Positions 10,884 to 20,672 of a DNA stretch of 64,000 nt are shown in pieces. Within the stretch, counting starts at the first letter, position 1. Every line of letters starts with the position of its first letter. Below the pieces are notes generated by a model. The model saw only the letters and a program-made list of their open reading frames with translations. It ran no database searches and was not told where the DNA came from. The stretch comes from a bacterium. Its GTDB lineage: Bacteria; UBA8248; JACPRG01; G963555815. The stretch lies in contig OZ244653.1 of assembly GCA_965218795.1 (NCBI GenBank), positions 4,352,001-4,416,000 of the forward strand, in the 5' to 3' direction. The translations under genes and the position numbers were made by a program.

Positions 10884-11405
10884 ATGAAACGAGTAGGCCG
10901 ACACTTCTTCATACTCACACTGGTCATCGGGTTGGCGTTGAGCTTCTCGGCAATCGCGTCCGCGCAAACCCACTACACCACCATACCGCAGTTGCCAACG
11001 TTGCAGAGCCCTCCGACGAGCTCCTGGCAACCGATCATTCGAGATCTCATGCGCCAGAGGCACGGGAAGGAGATGCTTCTCTGGGAAAGCATCCGGCAAA
11101 GCCAACGGGAACCCACCACCATCCCGACCCCCGGCCTTGGCGGGATCCCTGCGGAACAGCAACGAGCGTGGGAGTGGAGAGCCATCCAGAACGAGCGCAG
11201 CCGCTATGCGGAATGCGCGAAATACTCTTCGGTACTGTACCAAGATGCTGCGATCGTTCGGGAAGTAACACCTCCTTTTGCCATCCCGATCCCGACCATC
11301 AAGACGCCCCGGTTGAATCAAACTCGATTCAACCGGGGCGTCGTCTTTTCGTCTTCCACATTGGCTACGTGCTCGGCAGGATTTTTGAGGGGAGGCCGTA
11401 AATGA
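10884..11405 (+). CDS. Hypothetical exported protein (3' end may be scrambled)
   Basis: Signal-peptide-like N-terminus ending ASA-Q; starts 4 bp after the vWA stop. Confidence 0.55.
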   Translation: MKRVGRHFFILTLVIGLALSFSAIASAQTHYTTIPQLPTLQSPPTSSWQPIIRDLMRQRHGKEMLLWESIRQSQREPTTIPTPGLGGIPAEQQRAWEWRAIQNERSRYAECAKYSSVLYQDAAIVREVTPPFAIPIPTIKTPRLNQTRFNRGVVFSSSTLATCSAGFLRGGRK

Positions 11406-11539
11406 CCGTTGACGAAATCCGAGCGACACGCGGGTTGATACGGCGGGTCCGGGAGCGGACCCGGCCGCGCCGCCAGCGCCTCGCCGGCGAAAGACCTTTT
11501 CGGAGCCGCCCTCGAACGAGCCGCGGCCATCGGCCAGGG

Positions 11540-11720
11540 GAGCGCGCCGGCTTCCGACAGCGAGACCCCGCCATAGGGCGTCGCCACCCCGGCGTTCCAC
11601 GGACCGCCCACGCCGTAGCCGTTCGCCGGCGCTAGGGCGCTCGCGTCGCGCGCTGACCACAGCCGGTCGGCGGAGCCCGCGTCCGCGCCCAAGGCGCGGT
11701 TCACGCAGAACAGTGGAACG
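11540..11720 (-). pseudogene. Remnant resembling the C-terminal beta-barrel of a large surface protein
   Basis: LGADAGSADRLWSARDASALAP..GYGVGG..TPYGGVSLS pattern; no proper start. Confidence 0.4.
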
Positions 11721-11828
11721 GAGCGTTCGGGCGGTGAGTGACAACTCGTCCATGCGGTCATGGTATCTGAACGGATACCGATACTCTAACCTCTAAGCGT
11801 TGTCCAACGACAGTTGAGTCCGAACGAT

Positions 11829-12242
11829 CTATCCTTCCGTCGCCCTTCTTTCGCGGCGCGCGATGCGCCAGTGCAGGAGGAAAAGCATCAGGGAAATCAG
11901 ACCGAAAATGATGCTGCGGATGATGCTCTGCACGCCGTCGCGCCGCTCCCGCTCCAGCGCTTCCTGAAACGCCATCTGCCGTCGTTTTGCGATTTCCGCG
12001 TCCGCGGGCAGCTCGCCGCTCCGCGGCCCGCTCTCGTCTCCGGGGAACCGGCTCCACCGGGACAGGTGCTCCCGGTAGGCATCGTCGGACTGGTAGCGTT
12101 GGTATTCGTGGGAAGGCATCATCACCTCCGGCCACGTCAGCTCGAAGATGCTGTAGATCACGACGCCCCCGGAGATGAACAGCGGGATGATCAGCAGGCC
12201 GCAGACGGCGAGAGCGTAGATGTGAAGAGCGGATCTTTTCAT
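11829..12242 (-). CDS. Hypothetical membrane protein (2 TM segments)
   Basis: Two hydrophobic helices flanking a soluble loop; GGAGG upstream. Confidence 0.75.
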   Translation of the reverse strand: MKRSALHIYALAVCGLLIIPLFISGGVVIYSIFELTWPEVMMPSHEYQRYQSDDAYREHLSRWSRFPGDESGPRSGELPADAEIAKRRQMAFQEALERERRDGVQSIIRSIIFGLISLMLFLLHWRIARRERRATEG

Positions 12243-12366
12243 GACCGGCGCACCTCCCTGGAAGGATTGAGCAAATCCACCCAATTTATAATATAACAAG
12301 AAGACGGCGAGCCGGCTTTCAGCCGGTGGATCGAGCGCGGCGGCACGATAGCGATGAGGGTTTCGG

Positions 12367-12395
12367 TTGAAAACCGGATTGTGCGGATTTAGATT
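12367..12395 (+). promoter_or_regulatory. Putative sigma70 promoter of nfeD-slipin
   Basis: TTGAAA-17 bp-TAGATT. Confidence 0.4.
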
Positions 12396-12425
12396 CTTAC
12401 AATAAGAGACCTTCCCGAGAAGACC

Positions 12426-13766
12426 GTGTTGAGGCTGACCATGAACAAAAGCCTTTCGTTGTTGGTTCAGGTATTCTTTCTACTGCTTCTCTCGGTGTCC
12501 GCCCCCTTTTTCCCCGCGGCGACTTCGCAAGAACGAACGCAGAGCCAGGACCGGACCATCCTGGTGCTGAAGGTCGAGGGCGTCATCAATCCCGCGATGT
12601 CCGAATACATCGTCAAGGGCATCGATGAGGCCCGAAAGCGAAACGCGGGGCTCATCGTTCTGCGACTGGACACGCCGGGCGGGCTGGTTTCGTCCATGCG
12701 CTCAATCATCAAGGCGATGATCGCCTCCCGGGTGCCCGTGGCCGTGTACGTGTCCCCCGGCGGCGCGCGGGCGGCCTCCGCCGGGACGTTCATCACCATT
12801 GCGTCCCATGTGGCCGCCATGGCTCCCGGGACGAATCTCGGGGCGGCCAGTCCGGTGGCGGTCAGCGGCGGGATGGATGAGACCATGAAGAAGAAGGTCA
12901 CCAACGATGCGGCGGCCTACATCCGGTCGCTGGCTCAAAAACGCGGGCGGAACGCCGACTGGGCGGAGGATGCCGTGCGCAACGGGGTCTCGATCGGCGA
13001 GACCGCGGCGCTCAACAAGGGGGTCATCGATCTGATTGCCACCGATCAGACAGCCTTCCTGCGCGCCTTGGACGGCCGCCGCGTGGCCACGGATTCGGGA
13101 GAGGTGATCCTCCGCACCCGAGGGGCGGAAATCGTGAATTGGGAGATGAGCCTGCGGCAGAAGTTGCTGGCCGTCCTCTCCAACCCGAACTTGGCGTATA
13201 TCTTGATGATGCTGGGCGTCTACGGAATCCTCTTCGAAATCATGAACCCGGGCGCCATCTTTCCGGGCGTGGTGGGGGGCATTTGCCTGATCGTGGGGTT
13301 TTACGCCCTTCAGGTTCTTCCCATCAATTACGCGGGTCTGGCCCTCATCCTCCTTGGGATCATCATGTTCATCCTGGAGGTGAACGTCTTGAGTTACGGG
13401 GCCCTGAGCATCGGGGGCGCGATATCGATGGCTCTGGGTTCGATCATGCTGATTGACTCGCCGGCTCCCTTCCTCAGGATTTCCTATTACGTCATTATTC
13501 CTGTAACGCTGTTGACGGGCGGCTTTTTTTTCTTCCTGGTGGGTCTCGGCCTGAAAGTCCAACGGAGAAAGTCCGTGACCGGCCGGGAGGGTCTGATCGA
13601 CCGGATTGGTGTTGCCCGAGGGGTGATCGATCCCGAGGGCAAGGTTGACGTGCATGGAGAGCTTTGGAACGCCCATTCGACCGAGCCCATCCAGGAGGGG
13701 GAAAAGGTCCGGGTTGTCGGGATGGATGGGCTTCGATTGGAAGTGGTAAAGGAGACCGCCTCATGA
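12426..13766 (+). CDS. nfeD: NfeD family membrane-bound serine protease
   Basis: [23 protein letters not shown] bundle, C-terminal GELWNA OB domain; start may be 12441. Confidence 0.93.
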   Translation: MLRLTMNKSLSLLVQVFFLLLLSVSAPFFPAATSQERTQSQDRTILVLKVEGVINPAMSEYIVKGIDEARKRNAGLIVLRLDTPGGLVSSMRSIIKAMIASRVPVAVYVSPGGARAASAGTFITIASHVAAMAPGTNLGAASPVAVSGGMDETMKKKVTNDAAAYIRSLAQKRGRNADWAEDAVRNGVSIGETAALNKGVIDLIATDQTAFLRALDGRRVATDSGEVILRTRGAEIVNWEMSLRQKLLAVLSNPNLAYILMMLGVYGILFEIMNPGAIFPGVVGGICLIVGFYALQVLPINYAGLALILLGIIMFILEVNVLSYGALSIGGAISMALGSIMLIDSPAPFLRISYYVIIPVTLLTGGFFFFLVGLGLKVQRRKSVTGREGLIDRIGVARGVIDPEGKVDVHGELWNAHSTEPIQEGEKVRVVGMDGLRLEVVKETAS

Positions 13767-14545
13767 TTGAATTCGGAGTCAGCGCATGGCTTACGGTTTT
13801 GATTATCTTCGTCGCCCTGGTGTTGTTCAGCGCGATCAAGGTGATGAGGGAGTACGAACGGGCCGTGGTGTTTCGCCTGGGACGGTTTTTCCGGACCAAA
13901 GGGCCGGGTCTTTTCCTGCTCTTTCCTATCATTGATCGCATGATCCGGGTCAGCCTTCGCCTCGTGACCCTGGATGTTCCCAGCCAGGACATCATTACGC
14001 GCGACAACGTCTCGGTGAAGGTGAACGCCGTCCTCTATTTTCGAGTGATTGAACCCGATAAGGCCGTCATGGAGGTGGAAGATTTCCTCTATGCCACCTC
14101 TCAGTTGGCCCAAACGACGCTCCGGAGCGTTTTGGGCGAGAGCGAACTGGACGACTTGTTGTCGGAGCGGGAAAAAATCAACCAACAGCTTCAGGAGATT
14201 CTCGATAAGCATACGGATCCGTGGGGTATCAAGGTCACGAACGTCGAGATCAAGCACGTGGACCTTCCCAGCGAGATGCAGCGCGCCATTGCCAAGCAGG
14301 CGGAGGCCGAGCGGGAGCGCCGGGCCAAAATCATCCACGCGGAGGGCGAATTTCAGGCGTCCGGCAAGTTGGCCGAGGCCGCATCGGTTATCGGGGCTGA
14401 ACCGACGGCGCTTCAGTTACGGTTCTTGCAGACGCTCACGGAAGTTGCGACCGAGAACAACTCGACCGTGATTTTTCCCATTCCGATCGACTTGCTCAAA
14501 CCCTTCATGGAGACGAAGGGGCAGGCGGGTGACAAAACGGATTAG
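13763..14545 (+). CDS. Slipin/stomatin SPFH-domain protein
   Basis: [41 protein letters not shown]; ATGA overlap with nfeD. Confidence 0.95.
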   Translation: MIEFGVSAWLTVLIIFVALVLFSAIKVMREYERAVVFRLGRFFRTKGPGLFLLFPIIDRMIRVSLRLVTLDVPSQDIITRDNVSVKVNAVLYFRVIEPDKAVMEVEDFLYATSQLAQTTLRSVLGESELDDLLSEREKINQQLQEILDKHTDPWGIKVTNVEIKHVDLPSEMQRAIAKQAEAERERRAKIIHAEGEFQASGKLAEAASVIGAEPTALQLRFLQTLTEVATENNSTVIFPIPIDLLKPFMETKGQAGDKTD

Positions 14546-14836
14546 GGGGGAAGGTCAATCGCCGGGTCGCAAGGCCAGACACGGATCTGAAGTCAAGCGG
14601 AACGAGGAAAGGACGATATTTCCTGCCATCCGAAACGCCGAACCGGGGGAAATCCGGTTGCGACTGTCGATTGCTGTGCAATGCTTCCCGCCATCGACGA
14701 GCCGTGCATCATGCTGCCGTACCGAACCCATTGTGCTAGAGGTCCTACACCGCACGATATCGCGGAGCGGGAAATTCCACTACAATTCGCATGTCGCTTT
14801 GGCGCACCCAGCTAACCTTACTTCGGAGATTTGCCG

Positions 14837-15945
14837 ATGCCAATACTGAAACTACCTGTGGCCAAGGTGCAGCAGGGCGATCTGACCCTCTTCTCGACCG
14901 CGATCAAGGTCAAAGTCTTGACCCAAGAGCATTTCTACTCCGTCGAGACCTTGGATCCGAATGAGCTGGGCGACTCCTGAGTCAGGCGCGGGCCAGGAAA
15001 CTGGCAGATTACATCGTGAAGGGACAAGACCGTCAGGATGCGTTCCTGCCGACCTCGGTATTCTTGGCGACTGACAAGGCCCTCGACTTCGACCAAGCCA
15101 CAAACACCATTAGTATCAATACCGATACAATAGGGCCGTTCAGCGTTGTGGACGGGCAGCATCGCTTGGAAGGTCTAAAGATGGCCGCCAAGAAGGATGA
15201 TCGAGTGCTCGAATTCTCGGTGCCGGTTAATATCGCTGCGAACCTACCCAAACTCCATCAAATGTGTCATTTCCTGATCGTCAATACGACACAGAAGAGC
15301 GTCGACAAGGCGGTAGAACAACGAATTGTAGCTCGATTGACCGAAGCCTTGGATGTTGAAGATATCCCAAGTCTACCAAAATGGATTCTCAACGTAGTTG
15401 AGAGAGGCGAAGTGGAGAAAGCTGTTAGACTTGTAGATTTTTTGAATGCGGAATCGGACTCCCCGTGGCTTGGAAAGATAAAGATGACAAACGATTTAAA
15501 CGCCAACATGATAAATCAGAGATCATTCGTAAAGGCTATTGTCAAATATGTGTTGACTGCAAATAATCCAATAGCCGTTCTGAATGATTTCAACAAAGAA
15601 AAGAGAATATTTCTGAATTATTGGAAAGCTATTGCCGATATTATTGATGATGGAAACGCATCCGTGTTGTATATATACAACGGAGTAGAACTGTTCTGCC
15701 GATTCTCAATTCCTTTTTTTACAAAGCTCCAGAACAACGGAAAATTCACGGTGGATATAATGAAGGGGCTTCTGTCGGATTGTCTTGAGAACGTTGAGGG
15801 AGAATTCGCGGGTGTCGGGCACGCACAATGGTGGGCCAGGGGTGGAAAGGCAAGCGGACTAAACGCAGCGGCAATAGGTCAGGTGGCTCAAGAAATGACC
15901 AAGGCACTCCACAAACCATCAATGTCCGCAGATATTGAGCTATGA
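14837..15945 (+). pseudogene. DGQHR (DndB-like) domain protein, frameshifted near 14975
   Basis: VVDGQHR and F..VNTTQKSV motifs; N-terminus MPILKLPVAKVQQG..ETLDP lies in another frame ending TGA at about 14980. Confidence 0.8.
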
Positions 15946-16280
15946 ATGTTCAAGAGCTCAATCCTAGTCCTGAGCATCGGGAAAACTTCCGCCGTGATCG
16001 GCAACGATTCCTTCCCTCTTCTGCTGGATGCTACGTCCTTGTCTCGTTTCAGGACGTTGTGCTTTACGTGGGTCTGACCAAGGATCTGAGGCGACGCTTC
16101 GGCAATCACTTGGATGATCCGAAGAAAACATCAACGACGGACAACGGCAGAGCGGTTTTCTTCTATTGGTTTGAATGCGATGAGCTAGAGAACATAGAGA
16201 GAACTTGGCAGAACGAGTGCGAGACCGTGGACGGCGTTTTGCCGATTTTAAATAGAGTGGCGTCGCCGCTCTCCATTTGA
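15942..16280 (+). CDS. GIY-YIG nuclease family protein
   Basis: GCY..LYVG..LRRRF..H..E..N; ATGA overlap with the DGQHR gene. Confidence 0.85.
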   Translation: MNVQELNPSPEHRENFRRDRQRFLPSSAGCYVLVSFQDVVLYVGLTKDLRRRFGNHLDDPKKTSTTDNGRAVFFYWFECDELENIERTWQNECETVDGVLPILNRVASPLSI

Positions 16281-16402
16281 TCGACTCTCGCGAGATTAAA
16301 GGAATTCTGGTTCCGTTTTGGCGTGCCTTACCGTGGCGGTGCTCGCAGAACGGGCAATAGATTGAGCGCACAAGGACTGGGTTACCAACGATGTTTCGAA
16401 CC

Positions 16403-16600
16403 TCACCGAGCTGTTTTCTTCGGGTTACTTGTCAATCCTCGCTGCATGGCCTCGGCGATGACGCCCCCGACCTTCTCCACCGCCTCGACGAGGTGGCCGT
16501 CGGCGAGGTGGGCATACGTCGCCGTGGTCGTGTGCCTTCGGTGCCCGAGCAGTTGGCCGACCAGGGGCAGGTTCTCGCCCGGCATGGCAGCATGGCCGGC
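16403..16600 (-). pseudogene. Tyrosine recombinase C-terminal fragment
   Basis: GENLPLVGQLLGH..TTATYAHL (box II His and catalytic Tyr). Confidence 0.8.
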
Positions 16601-16751
16601 CGCATTTTCCCGGCAATCTGAATCGACCCTGATGACTCTTCAGTCGCCTCGCTATCCTGATGGCGAAGAGCCATTGACAGGTGACTATTGACGCACTGCA
16701 TTTCATGGATGATACGGAGCTTCCGACATCGCGGGCTCAGGGAGAACCGCC

Positions 16752-17047
16752 ATGTCCATGAAGAACCCGCCGCACCCCGGCAAGGTCGTGCGTGTGTCTT
16801 GTCTGGAGCCGCTCGGTCTCAACGTCACCGAAGGCGCGAAGGTCCTTGGCGTCAGTCGCCAAGCACTGTCTAACCTGGTGAATTGTCACGCTCGTATTTC
16901 GGCCGACATGGCGGTCCGTCTCGCGAAGGCCTTCGGCTCTTACGACGGAGACCTGGATACATTTGCAGGCGGCCTACGATGTTGCGCAGGCGCAAGCGCG
17001 CGAGGATGAGATCGAGGTGGAGCGCTACGAGCCGCAACCGGCATGAA
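16752..17047 (+). pseudogene. higA: HigA family antitoxin, frameshift near 16940; no toxin gene upstream
   Basis: MKNPPHPG..LGVSRQALSNLVN..ISADMAVRLAKAFG; C-terminus TETWIHLQAAYD continues in another frame. Confidence 0.8.
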
Positions 17048-17113
17048 GCCGTGATGGGCATCGCGCAGTCGATTTCCTGGAAATGATACGCTTGACCGGC
17101 CAGGACTTTTTTC

Positions 17114-17362
17114 TGGATTCCCGCTTCCGCGGGAATGACGGGCTGTTGTGCGGGGGCCTCGTTTGTCATTCCCGCCCCCCGATTAAAGCCTTCGAGGGCA
17201 GGCTGCAGCGGGAATCCACTCCCTAACTGAAACACTCGGGGACAAGCCCCCGACTAAAGCCTTCGGGGACAGGCGAGATCCGGTCGCCCCTGCGTGCCTC
17301 TGGGCAGGGGTCCACATCCCCCTCCCTCTGCATCCACCGGGGGGCAGGCCAGCGGGAATCCA
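17114..17362. repeat. Cluster of REP-like GTCATTCCCGC..GCGGGAATCCA palindromes, some with an internal hairpin
   Basis: Units at 17114-17139, 17165-17218, partial unit ending about 17362; CCCCGAYTAAAGCCTTCG occurs twice. Confidence 0.75.
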
Positions 17363-17504
17363 TCACGACGGAGAAATCGACTTGCGCGGCGCCTGACAGT
17401 CTCGGGGCGAGGTACGGGTCCACGGGAATTCCCAGAGAATGATACCCCTGGCTGGTCAAGCGCCTCCTTCCCTTTCCATATGATATGCGGGCCGGTCCCC
17501 AAAT

Positions 17505-18794
17505 TCAGCCCCATCCCTGTTCCGGGATCTTTTCAAACCGGACGGGGTCCAAACGGTCGCCGCGTAGCACGCGCCGCTCGGTGCGGGCCTCGGCCGTCAC
17601 GACTCCTCCCTTGATAACGTAAAGCCGATCGGGCTGAAGGCGGAAGGCGTTCCATACTGAAGTCGTGTCCAGGATCACCAGATCGGCCCGTTTCCCCGTT
17701 TCCAGACCCCAGTCCTCCATGCTCATGGCGCGGGCCGCGTTGACGGAGATCATGTCGTACACGGTCTCGTGCTGATCCGGCAGGGTCAGGTGGGCCGCGT
17801 GCGCCATGAACAACCCCACCTCAAGCTGATCCATCTTCCCGAAATTGTAGTAGGGGTCCATCACGTCGTCCTGGGCGCAGCAGACCGGTACATCCTGGGC
17901 CAGCAACTCCTGCACGCGGGTCAGCCCGCGCGGCTTGGGCTGAGGGTCGAGCCGGCCGCGGCCGCTGAGGCTGACGTGGGGATTGGAGCAGATGTGGATC
18001 CCCGCCTCCTTGATCATCCGGATGACCCGGTTGGCGTGGACATCGTCGTACACGCAGAGAGCCTCCACGTGCCCTGCGGTCACCCGGTTCGGGAACCCTT
18101 CGGTGATCATCTTGTCGGCCAGGAACTCGATGCTTCGGGACGTACGATCGTTATTGTTGTCAATGAGCATATGGATGTCGCGGTCGAAATGACGGGCGAT
18201 CTCGAAGCAGATGTCGATGTGCTTGCGCATGGCCTCGTCGGACCACTCGAGCCAGGGGAGTCCGCCCACCACGTCCGCTCCCATCTCCATGGCCTTCCAC
18301 ATCAGATCCTCGGATCCGGGATCCTTGAGGATCGCTTCCTGGGGGAAGGCGCACACCTGAATGTCGATGACGGGCGCGTACTCCTTTTTGAGCTCGAGGC
18401 CGGCTTCCAGCGGGCGGAGCCCCCCGATGGTGTCCACGTCAACGAAATTTCGCAGGAGGGTGGTCCCGTTGGAGACGGCCATGTCCACGACCCGCCCGCC
18501 CCGATCCAGGAGGTCCTCCATCGTGTAGCGGGCCTTGTATTCCCAGGTCAGCGTCAAGGCGTCGTCCCACAGCCCCGTCCGGTTCCGGGACGGATTTTCT
18601 CCCAGCAGGGCCTTGTCCAGATGGATGTGCGGATTGGCGTAGGCCGCCGTCACCAGCCGTCCGCCGGCGTCAATCTCGCGATCGGCAGGGCCGGCCACGG
18701 TCTCGGCGATGGCGGCGATCCGGCCGTCACGGATACCGATGTCCCTCAGACCGTCCTGCTTTCGAGTTCCGGCGTTTCGAATGATCAAGTCCAT
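17505..18794 (-). CDS. Cytosine/creatinine deaminase-like amidohydrolase
   Basis: NPHIHLDK, IQVCAFPQE, VVGGLP, AGH, QDDVMDPYY; CodA-like. Confidence 0.88.
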   Translation of the reverse strand: MDLIIRNAGTRKQDGLRDIGIRDGRIAAIAETVAGPADREIDAGGRLVTAAYANPHIHLDKALLGENPSRNRTGLWDDALTLTWEYKARYTMEDLLDRGGRVVDMAVSNGTTLLRNFVDVDTIGGLRPLEAGLELKKEYAPVIDIQVCAFPQEAILKDPGSEDLMWKAMEMGADVVGGLPWLEWSDEAMRKHIDICFEIARHFDRDIHMLIDNNNDRTSRSIEFLADKMITEGFPNRVTAGHVEALCVYDDVHANRVIRMIKEAGIHICSNPHVSLSGRGRLDPQPKPRGLTRVQELLAQDVPVCCAQDDVMDPYYNFGKMDQLEVGLFMAHAAHLTLPDQHETVYDMISVNAARAMSMEDWGLETGKRADLVILDTTSVWNAFRLQPDRLYVIKGGVVTAEARTERRVLRGDRLDPVRFEKIPEQGWG

Positions 18795-18909
18795 TGAATT
18801 GTCCCGGCTGCGGCTGCGTCCTCCGGCATGACCGGCCCATGACGCGCCCGTTTCGTCCGAACCAGGATGCTCATTTCCCGCTCGGAACGGATTCAAACTA
18901 AAAGGGAAG

Positions 18910-20349
18910 TTACGGCTTGCCCCCCTCGATCTCGTCGATTATCGGTATCGCCGTCACCGCGATTTCAGTGAACTTCTCAACGAAGTGCTCCGTGATCTCG
19001 CCGTCTTTCGCTTCGCACTCCTGATGCAAATTCCAGAGGCGTGAATCCCAATCCCTTTTGTCCTCATCCACCCAATCACACCGTGGCCACCAGGGGGTAC
19101 TTCTGCCAAGATCGAGCTTGTCCTTGAGCTTTTCATCAAGACGCTCTCGCCGTTCCTGCTCTTCTTCCGTCATGGTGCTTTTGGGCATTGGAGAGCATAC
19201 GCCGACAATCCAGCCATTCGGACCTTGCTCCTGTGCCTGCGCGCCAATACCAGTCCGCCTGTCTGAATCGGATTGTTCTGCTGTTTCGTATTGAGCCCAA
19301 CATTCCCGATACAGCCAGACGGCGCATGAGTACTTGGACTCACCGTCATACTCGTAGTCGACGTGCATGTCGTGGGCGAATTTCTTGAGCTTCTCCGCCG
19401 TCTTGAGCCGGGAACACAGTTGTTCCAGAAACCTTTCACACACGTACTTCCTGACAGCAGGCCAAGATTCATGCACCACCTTCGCGGTTTTCAGATTCTC
19501 CGGATTGAACGGCTCCGACAACAAGAAGGCCAGGAGCTCCTTGGTTTCGCTATCGGTGGTCATGGCTTGGCCTCCAAATCTCCGTTGGCAGAATGTCTCG
19601 GCGTCGCGCAGGAACCAGCGCAGTCGGTCCACTTCGCAGTTCTTCCGGCACTCTCCGAGCCACTCGGCGAGCGAATACGGAATGCGAAAGTCTTCGAATG
19701 CGTCCGCTTGCTCCTCTTGACCCCGATGGTACGGCATGATTGCAAAGCGGCCTTTCCACTTCTCGTCAAGTTCCGTCTTGGGAATGCTCCATTCTGACGG
19801 ACCTTCGCCGGTGGGAGAGAGGTAGATCAGAAGGAACCGGTCGCCGTATTCCCCTCTAAGGTAGTCGAGGTAGTCCTTGACCTGATTCTCCAGGTCGCCG
19901 GCGTAAGGCTTGTTCTCGATGGCCAGGCAGTGGGTTTCTCCATCGTTGCCGACGATCTCAACGGAGACGTCAATACGCCGGTCGTCTGTGATCACCCGCT
20001 CGCCGCGAACGGTAATCCGGATCATGTCGAGGGCACCGCCAGTGTCGAATCTGTTCAAGCTTTCCAATCTCTCCAGGAACATCTGGAGGAACAGCGTCCC
20101 CTGACCATGACTTGCCTCGGGATCGAGCAGATCGGCGATGATCCGGGAAAGCCCCAATTCATCATCCCGCAGGTAGTCGAGGACGTTGAATCGGTGCGCC
20201 AGCTTTCGGTCGAGCTCGCGTTCCAGGGCTCTCGCCATCTCCAATCGGGGGGCCAACCCGTCGAAGAACCGTTGGTACTCCATGCGGTTGGTCTCTCTCA
20301 CTTTGTTCAGCCGCGCGGCCAGATCGGCGAAGAAGCGCTCTAGTTCCAT
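18910..20349 (-). CDS. PD-(D/E)XK nuclease family protein (PDDEXK_4-like)
   Basis: LSRIIADLLDP..SHGQG..FL, RRIDV, IENK..D..NQ..DY. Confidence 0.82.
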   Translation of the reverse strand: MELERFFADLAARLNKVRETNRMEYQRFFDGLAPRLEMARALERELDRKLAHRFNVLDYLRDDELGLSRIIADLLDPEASHGQGTLFLQMFLERLESLNRFDTGGALDMIRITVRGERVITDDRRIDVSVEIVGNDGETHCLAIENKPYAGDLENQVKDYLDYLRGEYGDRFLLIYLSPTGEGPSEWSIPKTELDEKWKGRFAIMPYHRGQEEQADAFEDFRIPYSLAEWLGECRKNCEVDRLRWFLRDAETFCQRRFGGQAMTTDSETKELLAFLLSEPFNPENLKTAKVVHESWPAVRKYVCERFLEQLCSRLKTAEKLKKFAHDMHVDYEYDGESKYSCAVWLYRECWAQYETAEQSDSDRRTGIGAQAQEQGPNGWIVGVCSPMPKSTMTEEEQERRERLDEKLKDKLDLGRSTPWWPRCDWVDEDKRDWDSRLWNLHQECEAKDGEITEHFVEKFTEIAVTAIPIIDEIEGGKP

Positions 20350-20672
20350 AGTGTCGAGTATACCAGCGCGGGCGCGCGAGCGCCCTGTCTCTATATCGTG
20401 GGATCGGCGCATCCTTTATACAGCGGCAGGGTAGTACCTCTCGTCATCATCGTGCCTCTGGGTTTGTCCGGCCCGGCGCGCCACGCGCCAGATACTTCCA
20501 TGCCCGCCACCCCACAATCGCACTTGCATGGGTTGATCTGAGCAATCATGGAATACGGTGTCGGCCTCACGCGCGAGGAAGGCGAGACCGCGGGAGACCC
20601 GCACCCTGACCGGCAAGCTTGCCGACGCGGGACACCTTCGGCCTGAGCGCCGCGCCCTGTCACTGTAGCGGA

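Noticed and set aside
14837-15945. DNA phosphorothioation (dnd) locus
   Set aside because: Only the DGQHR gene is present; no dndC/D/E
17114-17362. Possible CRISPR array
   Set aside because: Units are inverted, irregularly spaced and lack unique equal-length spacers; no cas genes
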